Source: an uncultured Actinomycetes bacterium
GTDB lineage: Bacteria > Actinomycetota > UBA4738 > JBBDTT01
Direction: 5' to 3'
DNA length: 64,000 nucleotides
Assembly: GCA_963742735.1 (NCBI GenBank)
Contig: CAVUMN010000003.1
Coordinates: 224,001-288,000 of the forward strand
Shown: piece by piece, positions 56,376 through 64,000 of the stretch
How the letters are laid out: every line of letters begins with the position of its first letter
How positions within the stretch are numbered: the stretch's first letter is position 1
Position numbers and translations under genes: made by a program
The notes under the pieces: model-generated
What the model saw: the letters and a program-made list of their open reading frames with translations, nothing else
Told to the model about the DNA's origin: nothing
Databases searched by the model: none

Positions 56376-58403
56376 TTAGACCGCGCTGAGCATGCAGGCG
56401 AAGGCCGCACCGTCGGCGGCGGGGGGCGCGTACGAGCGGCGGCCCGCGGCGTGCACCGGGAACGCCGTGGAGCTCAGCCGGTAGCCGTTCGCCGAGATCA
56501 GGAACCGGTAGGTCCCCGAGGGGGTTCCGGACGGCACGTGCCAGGTCGCGGTGTAGCGGCCCTCGTCGTCCACCTCCCACACGATCCGCAGCCCCAGGTC
56601 GGTGGCCACGACCTTGCGGCCGCCGCTCACCCGTTCGATGGAGACGAACGCGCGGTCCAGCGGCCGGTCGAACCCGCGGAGGCCGCCGTCCCACACGAAG
56701 GACGTCATCGCCCCTGGGCGCACGGCACTCGGCTCGTCGACCGCCGTCGCCGACGTAGCACCCCGCGAGAACGGTTCGCCCTCGGGGCTCACGCCGTTCG
56801 TGGGATCGAACGCGTAGGCCACCGGCGCCCTCAGGCCGCGAACCAGGCTGGTGGCCAGGCCGACCAGGCTCTCCATCACCAGGTTCGAGGAGAACTCCCC
56901 GTAGAGGGTGGAGCCGCCCTCGTAGTGCTGCCGGGCGTACTCCTCCGGCGTCGTGAAGTAGTTGAGGTACTCGTTCGCCAGGCCCGAGATCACCACGCGG
57001 CGGATCCCGGCCCGCCGTGACACCGCCAGAACCGCGGCGCGCACGCGGTACCCCATGCCGGCGGTCATCTCGCCCGGCACGCTCACGATCATCCGGTCGT
57101 CCACCTGGAGCGCGAGCAGGGGGACCGCGATGGGCACCGAGTTCTCGTCCTGGCTGATGACGGGAATCTTGTGGCCCTGCGCGGGACGAAGCGGGTTGCG
57201 CGCGGGCAGCCGGCGGCCCTCGAAGGGCACCTGGGTGAGGTCGTACAGCGGGCCCCGCTGCTCCTCGGAGCCGGTGAAGAGCGGGAGCCCAACGAGCGCC
57301 TCGTCATCGACGGCACCACCTTCGACCTCCCGGCCGCAGAAGCACACCCGGGTCCACCGGCCGTCCAGGGCCGGCCGGGCCGTCATGCGCCGGCCCGCGG
57401 CCCGCCACGCGATGAGCATGGCCGCGGCCTGACGCCGCCCGACCGCCTCGGCGCCGGCGGGCCCGGTGTGCTCGATGCCCGAGGTCACGTCGCCCTCGTC
57501 GGTGTTGCCGAAGGCGTTGACGACGTCCTGCCCCGGGGGGACCTTGCCCGCCGCGCGGATGGCGTCCTCGACGAAGCGGACGGTCGGCCCGTGGTGGTCG
57601 GCGTTATACAGGCCGATGTCGTATTTGTTGACGGTCCCGTGGTTCGCGAACGTGCTCCACATCCCGACCGGCACGAACCGCCCCCCGACGCGCTTGTCCA
57701 CACGCAGCACGTCGATCGACGGGTCGATCGTGTGCCGGTAGCCGCCGGGGTCCTGGGCCACCATGCCCTGGCCGAACTCCGCCTCGATGCCGTGGTTGGC
57801 CAGGTGCGCCTCGAGGCTTCGGTTCTGGGTCACGCCGAGCAGGTCGACCGTGCCCCACCCCAGTCGGCCCTCGCCGAGGTTCCGGTCGGCGCGAAGGATC
57901 GCCGTCGTCAGCCGGTCGATCAGGAACGCGTAGAGCTGCTGATCGCGCGCGCCGGCGATGTTCTGGTCCGTGGGCTCCTGCGCGGTCATGAACTCGGTGT
58001 TGTACGTCGAGAAGTTGAAGTACCCGCCCGGGCCGCTGTGGGTGTGGCTCGCGGAGATCAGGATGTTCTGCTCCGAGAACCCCCGGCCCCGCAGGCGGTT
58101 GGCCACCTCGGTCACCAGGCCGCCCGCGATCGCGCCGAGGTCCGCGGCCACCAGCGCGACCTTCTGGGACCGGTACTGCAGGACGATCGCGCGGGCGAAC
58201 AGCCGGGTGTGCTGTCCCCGCGACTGCGCGTCCGCCCGGACCCAGCCCATCATGTAGAAGCCGGTGGGCGGGGTGATGTCGGCCCGCCCGACGCCCACCC
58301 GAAGCGGCGAGCTCGCTGCGGCCGGGGCCGCGGGCAGGATCGTGAGGACCAGGACGGCCGCCAGGGCCGCGGGCGCCAGGCGGCGGGCGGGCCGGCGGCT
58401 CAT
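56376..58403 (-). CDS. Secreted neutral/alkaline ceramidase family protein
   Basis: Signal peptide, GRADITPP, ISASHTHSGPGG, VPGEMT, GLANEY..YFTTPEEY..Q.YEGG. Confidence 0.9.
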   Translation of the reverse strand: MSRRPARRLAPAALAAVLVLTILPAAPAAASSPLRVGVGRADITPPTGFYMMGWVRADAQSRGQHTRLFARAIVLQYRSQKVALVAADLGAIAGGLVTEVANRLRGRGFSEQNILISASHTHSGPGGYFNFSTYNTEFMTAQEPTDQNIAGARDQQLYAFLIDRLTTAILRADRNLGEGRLGWGTVDLLGVTQNRSLEAHLANHGIEAEFGQGMVAQDPGGYRHTIDPSIDVLRVDKRVGGRFVPVGMWSTFANHGTVNKYDIGLYNADHHGPTVRFVEDAIRAAGKVPPGQDVVNAFGNTDEGDVTSGIEHTGPAGAEAVGRRQAAAMLIAWRAAGRRMTARPALDGRWTRVCFCGREVEGGAVDDEALVGLPLFTGSEEQRGPLYDLTQVPFEGRRLPARNPLRPAQGHKIPVISQDENSVPIAVPLLALQVDDRMIVSVPGEMTAGMGYRVRAAVLAVSRRAGIRRVVISGLANEYLNYFTTPEEYARQHYEGGSTLYGEFSSNLVMESLVGLATSLVRGLRAPVAYAFDPTNGVSPEGEPFSRGATSATAVDEPSAVRPGAMTSFVWDGGLRGFDRPLDRAFVSIERVSGGRKVVATDLGLRIVWEVDDEGRYTATWHVPSGTPSGTYRFLISANGYRLSSTAFPVHAAGRRSYAPPAADGAAFACMLSAV

Positions 58404-58407
58404 CGCG

Positions 58408-59757
58408 CTAGTGGTCGCTCTTGCCGGTGAAGTTGAAGCCGCCGATCTTCAGGGCGGGAACGCGCGACGCCGCGAAGAAGAACTCGCTGGCCAGCTCGGC
58501 CTCGGCCCCGATCATCTCGGTGTTGGTGAGGGCCTCCAGGATCGACTGCGTGAACCGCAGGTTCTTGACCGGGTAGGCCACCTGGCCGTTCTCGATCATC
58601 CACGTGCCGTCGCGAGTCATGCCCGTGATGATCGCCTCCCGCGGGTGCACGATGTTCGAGTAGTGGAACCGTGTCACGAGCAGGCCGCGCTCGGTCGCGG
58701 CGATCATCTGCTCGAGCGTCGAGTCGCCCGGGGCGACGACAACGTTCAAGGGGAAGGGCCCCTCCGGGTTCGGCGGGGGGAGGGCATGGCCGGTGGACTC
58801 TGTGTCGGCCAGCGTTCCCGAGCGGCGGTCGTGGACCCCGCCCAGCGCCACTCCGTCGGTGATCAGGTCCACGCGCCGCTTCGGGGTGCCCTCGAAGTCG
58901 AACGGTATCCCCAGGGCGTCCGGCGCCAGCGCGTCGTCGTAGATGTCGATCGAGGGCGACACGACCTGCTCCCCGATCCGGCCCGAGAAGCAGGACCGGC
59001 CCTCGATGATCTGACGGCCCCCGAACCCGAGCCACCCAAGGAACGCGATCAGCGTCGAGACCGCGAGGGGCTCGAGGACGACGTCGTAGCGGCCGAGGTC
59101 CAGGTCGCGCGGGTTCGTGCTGTCCCGGGCCTTCTGCGCCGCGCGTTCGCCGACGAACTCGCGGTCGAGGTCGGCGGGGGACCGGCCGAATGCCTCGGCG
59201 TATCCGGCCCCGCCGTCGGGGCCCGACATCAGCACGCTGATGCTCGCCTGGGTTCCGGGGTGGTAGCAGAACTGCCCCTCGGTGTTGGCGAGGGCCACCT
59301 CGACGCACTGGGTCTCGTACGCGCCGGCGCCCTCCAGGCCGCCGGTCGCGTGGGCCATGATCTGGGCGACCTCCTCGGCCTGCTGCGCCGGCGACATCGA
59401 TGCCGCCGCCTCCTCGAAGCCGTCGATCTCGGGGTAGGCCGCCTTGGGCGCCAGGCCCGGGAAGGCCGGGTCGGGCGCCACCACCTGGGCGATCTCGAGC
59501 GCGTCGCGCGTGGCCCGGACGGCGCCCTCCTTCGAGAGGTCGTTGGTCGAGGCCACGCCCACGCGGCCCTCCACGACCACCCGCACCTTGACGCCGGTGT
59601 CCTCCCGCCACGTGTTCTGGTGGATGGCCGAGCGAGCGAATCGCGTCAGCCCGCCCCACTCGTGGATGGCCAGCACCTCGACGTCCTCGGGTCCCTTGAC
59701 CTCCAGCGCGGCGCCCATCAGGTCGCGGAGGTCGTCGGCGCCGATCAGGCCGGGCAT
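58408..59757 (-). CDS. pmbA: PmbA/TldE family protein
   Basis: LTRFARSAIHQN, PFDFEG, TGMTRDG, VKNLRFTQ; no HExxGH motif; TGATG coupling to tldD. Confidence 0.85.
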   Translation of the reverse strand: MPGLIGADDLRDLMGAALEVKGPEDVEVLAIHEWGGLTRFARSAIHQNTWREDTGVKVRVVVEGRVGVASTNDLSKEGAVRATRDALEIAQVVAPDPAFPGLAPKAAYPEIDGFEEAAASMSPAQQAEEVAQIMAHATGGLEGAGAYETQCVEVALANTEGQFCYHPGTQASISVLMSGPDGGAGYAEAFGRSPADLDREFVGERAAQKARDSTNPRDLDLGRYDVVLEPLAVSTLIAFLGWLGFGGRQIIEGRSCFSGRIGEQVVSPSIDIYDDALAPDALGIPFDFEGTPKRRVDLITDGVALGGVHDRRSGTLADTESTGHALPPPNPEGPFPLNVVVAPGDSTLEQMIAATERGLLVTRFHYSNIVHPREAIITGMTRDGTWMIENGQVAYPVKNLRFTQSILEALTNTEMIGAEAELASEFFFAASRVPALKIGGFNFTGKSDH

Positions 59758-61196
59758 CAGCGCACCCCGACCTGGACGTTGCGGAACCGCGCCGGCGGCG
59801 TGCCGTGGCCGACCCGCGCCGTCTGGGGCGGCTGGCCCTTCCCGCAGTTCGGGGTTCCCCACACCGTCCACTCCTCCGGGCCGCCGACCGCGTCGCAGGA
59901 GCCCCAGAACTCCGTCGTGATCCCCGTGTAGTTGGGGTTGCGGTACATCTGGGTGAGCTTGCCGTCCTTGATCCGCCAGGCGATCTCGCAGCCGAACTGG
60001 AAGTTCACTCGCTTGTCGTCGATCGACCACGACGTGTTGGTCGAGAAGTAGATGCCGTCCTTGGTGTCCGCGATGATCTCCGCCAGCGTCCCCTCCCGCG
60101 GCAGCAGGTTGATGTTCGTCATCCGGATGATCGGCAGGTTCTGCCACCCGTCGCATCGGCTGGTCCCGTTCGAGGTCTCCCCGATCATGGCCGCGGTGTC
60201 CCGCGAGGAGATGAAGTTCTGGAAGACGCCGTCCTCGATCACCGTGACGGCCTGCGCCGGCACCCCTTCGTCGTCGTAGCCGTACGTTCCGAGCCCTCCC
60301 GGCAGGGTGGCGTCGGCGGTGATGGTGATCAGCTCCGAGCCGTAGCGGAGCTTCCCCCGGTCCTCCGGCGTGAGGAACGACGTTCCCGCGAACGCCTCCT
60401 CCATGCGGAGCACGCGGTCGAGCTCGATCGGATGGCCGACCGACTCGTGGACCTGCAGGATCACCTGGTTCGAGTCCAGGACGAGTGTGGTCAGCTCGCT
60501 CGGACAGTCCGGCGCGGTGAGGAGCTCGACCGCCTCGGTGGCGACGCGCTCCGCCTCGGTCACCAGCGGGAGCGTGCGGATGTGCTCGTAGCCCGCCGCG
60601 GTGATGTGCCCACGGAACGAGTTCGGGAACGAGCGCCGCTGGATCTCGCCGTCGCCGATCGCGGTCGCCTCGATCCCGCCCCCGGAGTGCACGATGGTCT
60701 GCTCGATCGCGGCGCCCTCGCTCGAGGCGAACGAGGACCGGCGGCGATAGAAGTCTAGGCCGGCCTCCCCGAACGCCACCCCGGGGACGGCCTGCATCCG
60801 TCGGGACGCCTCCATGAGGAGCGAGACCTTCTCGTCCAGGGCGACCGTGAACGGGTCCTCGACGATGTGGGTCTCCCACCGCCCGGTCACCGGCTCGACC
60901 TCGGCGAGGGTCATCGGCTCGCGGGGCAGGCGCGACGCCGCCCGGGCGATCTCCACGGCGAGGGCGGCCGTGCGGTTGATCTCGGCCTCGTCGGTGCGGG
61001 CGGTCGCCGCGAACCCGAGGTAGCCGTCGACCAGAACGCGGATGCCGATCCCCTCGGAGTAGGAACGGTCTACGCCCTCCATCTCCTGGTTCTTGACCGT
61101 GAGGGACTCGTTGTCGGTCGCGATGAACCGGGCGTCCGCGTACTCGGCGCCGGCCGCGCGCGCGGCCTCGACCGCCTGCTGGACGAGCTCGATCAC
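59757..61196 (-). CDS. tldD: TldD family metalloprotease
   Basis: EYADARF, HESVGH, YDDEG, RMTN, NCGKGQP; GGAGG RBS before GTG. Confidence 0.92.
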   Translation of the reverse strand: MIELVQQAVEAARAAGAEYADARFIATDNESLTVKNQEMEGVDRSYSEGIGIRVLVDGYLGFAATARTDEAEINRTAALAVEIARAASRLPREPMTLAEVEPVTGRWETHIVEDPFTVALDEKVSLLMEASRRMQAVPGVAFGEAGLDFYRRRSSFASSEGAAIEQTIVHSGGGIEATAIGDGEIQRRSFPNSFRGHITAAGYEHIRTLPLVTEAERVATEAVELLTAPDCPSELTTLVLDSNQVILQVHESVGHPIELDRVLRMEEAFAGTSFLTPEDRGKLRYGSELITITADATLPGGLGTYGYDDEGVPAQAVTVIEDGVFQNFISSRDTAAMIGETSNGTSRCDGWQNLPIIRMTNINLLPREGTLAEIIADTKDGIYFSTNTSWSIDDKRVNFQFGCEIAWRIKDGKLTQMYRNPNYTGITTEFWGSCDAVGGPEEWTVWGTPNCGKGQPPQTARVGHGTPPARFRNVQVGVR

Positions 61197-61231
61197 GGCG
61201 AGATCCTCCCCCCGATCCGGAACGCCGAAGC

Positions 61232-62692
61232 CTAGCGGAGCCGCGGGCCTCCACGCTGGGCGACGTACATCGTGTCCTTCGTGGCCTGGGCTCCCAGGAC
61301 CAGGGCCTCCTCGGGAGGCCCGAGTCCCACCGGACCGTTCGCGCCGGCGCTCACGTCCTCGACGTAGGCGATGTGGAAGCGGCCGTCGGGGCCGACGGCG
61401 ATCTGCAGGAAGTCCCACAGCTCCCGCAGGAGCGGGCCGTAGTGGACGGGTGTCGGGTCGGCCACGCGGCGGACGACCTGCGGCCGCCGGTCGGCGTTGA
61501 GCACCACGCCGGCGTGCAGGTACCAGGCCGCGGGGTCGGCCGGAGCACCGGCCGCGACCTGCGGGTTGGCGTCGGCGTTCGGGATCGGGGCGTCGGCCTC
61601 GTACCAGGCCAGCGCCACGCGGCCGCGAGCCCCGCCCACGATCCAGGGGAACACCGCGCACCCCGTTCCGTCGCTCACCCGGACCTTCCTGCCCCAGGTG
61701 TGCCCGCCGTCGCGGGACGCCGCGTAGTACACGTCGCAACCGTCGTCGGCGTCGGGCTGGGTCGGGTTCGGCGCGTCCTCGGAGGCGTCGTCCGCGTCGT
61801 CCTCGGCCCACGTCCCGTAGACGATGCCTGCGTCGTCGACCGCGGTGGAGACCATGAAGTCCGCGATCTCGCGGCCCTCCTCGACATCCGCGACCCCAAC
61901 CTCCTCCCACGTCGCGCCGCCGTCGTGGGTTGACCGCGAGCACAGCGAGAGGTAGTCGCCGCAGTTCCCGAACAGGTACGCGTCCTCCGTGCGGTCCCGG
62001 GGGGCCGCGATCATCCCGGGGAAGTAGAGCTGCTCGGGCAGCGTGTTGGTCGTCTCGGTCCACGACATGCCGCCGTCCGTGCTCTTGTAGATCGCGATGT
62101 GCGACGAGTGGTTGACGTAGAGCCACAGGACCTCACCGGCATCGTCGCTCGCGTAGGCGAGCCAGGGCCGGTCGTCGACGCCGGGGAGGACGCCGATCGT
62201 GTGTGGGATCGTGTACTCCCACGCCGGTTGCTCGCCGTGCACGCCCGTCGCCGCCGCCCACCGGGTGAACGCCAGGAAGGAGATGCCGGTGTCCACGAAG
62301 TACATGGCGTCGTCGTCCGCGATGGCGATGTCGCCCTCGGCCCCGAGCGGCGAGAGCTCACGGAACTGTCCCGGCGTGTGAAGGACCTCGAAGCTCTTCC
62401 CGCCGTTCTGCGAGATCCACACCGGCGAGGCCCGGCCGACCGTGGTCACCCCGGAGAGGTAGATGACCCCCTTCGAGTCGACCTTGATGGAGGGCTCGCC
62501 CGAGCCCTGCCGTTCGCCGTTGCCGAGCACCGCGCTCGGAAGGTCGTGGGCCTCGACCTGGAGCGGCCGGGTGAACGTCAACGTCGGGGCGGGCCGCTTC
62601 GCCCTCTTCGCCTGGGCGGGAATGGTCGGCAGCAGCAGGGCGATGGCGAGGGCGAGGGCGAGGGCGAGTGGGAACGGCGAGCGTCGGCGCAT
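61232..62692 (-). CDS. Secreted BNR/Asp-box (sialidase-like) beta-propeller protein
   Basis: Signal peptide; Asp boxes SQNGGKSF, STDGGMSW, THDGGATW, SRDGGHTW; DDRPW. Confidence 0.8.
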   Translation of the reverse strand: MRRRSPFPLALALALAIALLLPTIPAQAKRAKRPAPTLTFTRPLQVEAHDLPSAVLGNGERQGSGEPSIKVDSKGVIYLSGVTTVGRASPVWISQNGGKSFEVLHTPGQFRELSPLGAEGDIAIADDDAMYFVDTGISFLAFTRWAAATGVHGEQPAWEYTIPHTIGVLPGVDDRPWLAYASDDAGEVLWLYVNHSSHIAIYKSTDGGMSWTETTNTLPEQLYFPGMIAAPRDRTEDAYLFGNCGDYLSLCSRSTHDGGATWEEVGVADVEEGREIADFMVSTAVDDAGIVYGTWAEDDADDASEDAPNPTQPDADDGCDVYYAASRDGGHTWGRKVRVSDGTGCAVFPWIVGGARGRVALAWYEADAPIPNADANPQVAAGAPADPAAWYLHAGVVLNADRRPQVVRRVADPTPVHYGPLLRELWDFLQIAVGPDGRFHIAYVEDVSAGANGPVGLGPPEEALVLGAQATKDTMYVAQRGGPRLR

Positions 62693-62805
62693 CGTCGGGC
62701 CTCCTGGATGGGCGGGTCCTGGGGTGAGGATTCTCCCTCGGTCCCGGCCGGGCCTGCCAGCCCTCACGTTGCGGCCGCGGGGCGGGTTCGGCCATGCTGG
62801 CCGGC

Positions 62806-63846
62806 ATGAAGCTCGGCCTGCACATGGGGTACTGGGGCGCCGCGCCGGTCGACGTCATGCCGTTCGTCCTGGCGGCCGAAGAGGCCGGGTGGGACTCGGT
62901 CTGGAGCGCCGAGGCGTACGGGTCGGACGCGGTGGTCATGATCGCGTGGGTGGCCGCCCGGACCTCTCGCATCTCGATCGGCACCTCGATCATGCAGATG
63001 CCCGCGCGGACGCCGGCCGCGAGTGCGATGACCGCGATCACGCTCGACCATCTGACCGAGGGCCGCTTCAAGCTCGGCCTCGGGACCAGCGGGCCGCAGG
63101 TGTCCGAGGGCTGGCACGGGGTGCCGTTCGGCAAGCCGCTGACGCGCACCCGGGAGTACGTGGAGATCGTCCGGCGGATCCTGGCCCGCGAAGCGCCGCT
63201 CGAGTTCCACGGCGAGTACTACGACGTCCCGGCCACCACCGGCAGCGGCCTGGGGAAGCCGCTGAAGACGATCGTGCACCCCTTCCGCGCCGACCTGCCC
63301 ATCTACCTGGCGTCGATCGGACCGAAGAACGTGGCGCTCACCGCCGAGATCGCCGACGGATGGATGCCGGCCTTCTATTCCCCGAATCACCCGGAAGCCT
63401 TCGAGCCCTACCTCAAGGAGGGGTTCGCGGCCGCCGGCAAGGACGGGTCGGACTTCGACGTCGCCCCGTTCTGCCCGATGTTCATCGGCTCGGACGTGCA
63501 GGCCTGCCGCGACCTGGTGAAGCCGATCATGGCGCTGTACATCGGCGGCATGGGCGCCCGGAACAAGAACTTCTACAACGAGCTCGTCCAGCGCTACGGC
63601 TACGAGGGCGAGGCCAAGCAGATCCAGGACCTGTACCTGGAGGGCAAGAAGGCCGAGGCCGCCGGCGCCGTCCCCGACGCCTTGGTGGACGAGGTGGCGC
63701 TGGTCGGTCCCGTCGAGCGCATAGCCGACTCCCTGCCGGCCTGGAAGGCGGCCGGGGTGACCACGCTCATCATGGGGACGGCCACCTTCGGGGACCCGCC
63801 CGTCAAGGAGTACGCCCTGCTCGCGGAGACCGCGGCCGCCCTGTAA
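62806..63846 (+). CDS. LLM class F420-dependent oxidoreductase
   Basis: WSAEAYGSDA, MQMPARTPA, LGLGTSGPQVSEGWHG, IGPKNV. Confidence 0.92.
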   Translation: MKLGLHMGYWGAAPVDVMPFVLAAEEAGWDSVWSAEAYGSDAVVMIAWVAARTSRISIGTSIMQMPARTPAASAMTAITLDHLTEGRFKLGLGTSGPQVSEGWHGVPFGKPLTRTREYVEIVRRILAREAPLEFHGEYYDVPATTGSGLGKPLKTIVHPFRADLPIYLASIGPKNVALTAEIADGWMPAFYSPNHPEAFEPYLKEGFAAAGKDGSDFDVAPFCPMFIGSDVQACRDLVKPIMALYIGGMGARNKNFYNELVQRYGYEGEAKQIQDLYLEGKKAEAAGAVPDALVDEVALVGPVERIADSLPAWKAAGVTTLIMGTATFGDPPVKEYALLAETAAAL

Positions 63847-63849
63847 GGA

Positions 63850-64000
63850 ATGACCGGGACCCGGGGGGCGGCACGCGCGCTGCTCGCGACCTTCGCCGCG
63901 GCGCTCGTCGTCGGGGCCCTGTTCCCCGTCCTCACCGAGCCCGGCGTGCAGGTGGTGGGCGTCGAGGAGCTCGTGGCCCGGAGATCCGACGCGTTGGCGT
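63850..64000 (+). CDS. Start of an exported or membrane protein (3' truncated)
   Basis: ATG 3 nt after the LLM stop; MTGTRGAARALLATFAAALVVGALFP, open to the window end. Confidence 0.5.
   Translation, partial: MTGTRGAARALLATFAAALVVGALFPVLTEPGVQVVGVEELVARRSDALA

Noticed and set aside
58408-61196. TldD/PmbA as part of a RiPP cluster
   Set aside because: No precursor peptide, YcaO or other maturation genes nearby; a housekeeping pair is more likely.
62645-62668. (GGCGAG)4 tandem repeat
   Set aside because: An in-frame hexamer encoding Leu-Ala repeats in a signal peptide; not a frame switch or CRISPR.

Overview
High-GC (~70% by eye) actinobacterial-type chromosomal window with about 60 CDS and no rRNA, tRNA, CRISPR array, integrase or transposase that I can recognise. 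In order: a truncated sulfatase; a monoderm-type Tad/Flp pilus operon (473-7950); a ~14 kb redox/lipid locus (8227-21908) in which two diverged, oppositely oriented copies of a three-gene cassette (small protein A, small protein B, DyP peroxidase) flank a nitroreductase-like gene, an alpha/beta-hydrolase, a frameshifted metallophosphoesterase and a cholesterol-oxidase-like GMC/hydrolase fusion; NfeD-SPFH; an ECF sigma/anti-sigma pair; a small lower-GC islet with a neprosin-like secreted protein and a lipoprotein; MMPL and metabolic genes; a collapsed Rhs-like toxin/immunity remnant; a tusA-dsrE-gpsA-glpX operon; four tandem secreted beta-propeller proteins sharing one conserved, unrecognised ~120 aa C-terminal domain ending in NRNxFEV[IV]; then housekeeping and catabolic genes (acyl-CoA dehydrogenase, sulfatase, PHP, ALDH, AKR, HAD, GNATs, ceramidase, TldD/PmbA, LLM). 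A recurring TCAAG-N15/16-GCCGAT motif (sigma-28/WhiG-like) precedes the Flp pilin, one of the four C-terminal-domain proteins and an orphan membrane protein. The best candidates for undescribed systems are the shared C-terminal domain array with its putative sigma-28 regulon, and the mirrored DyP cassette locus. All product calls come from motif recognition by eye; no searches were run.
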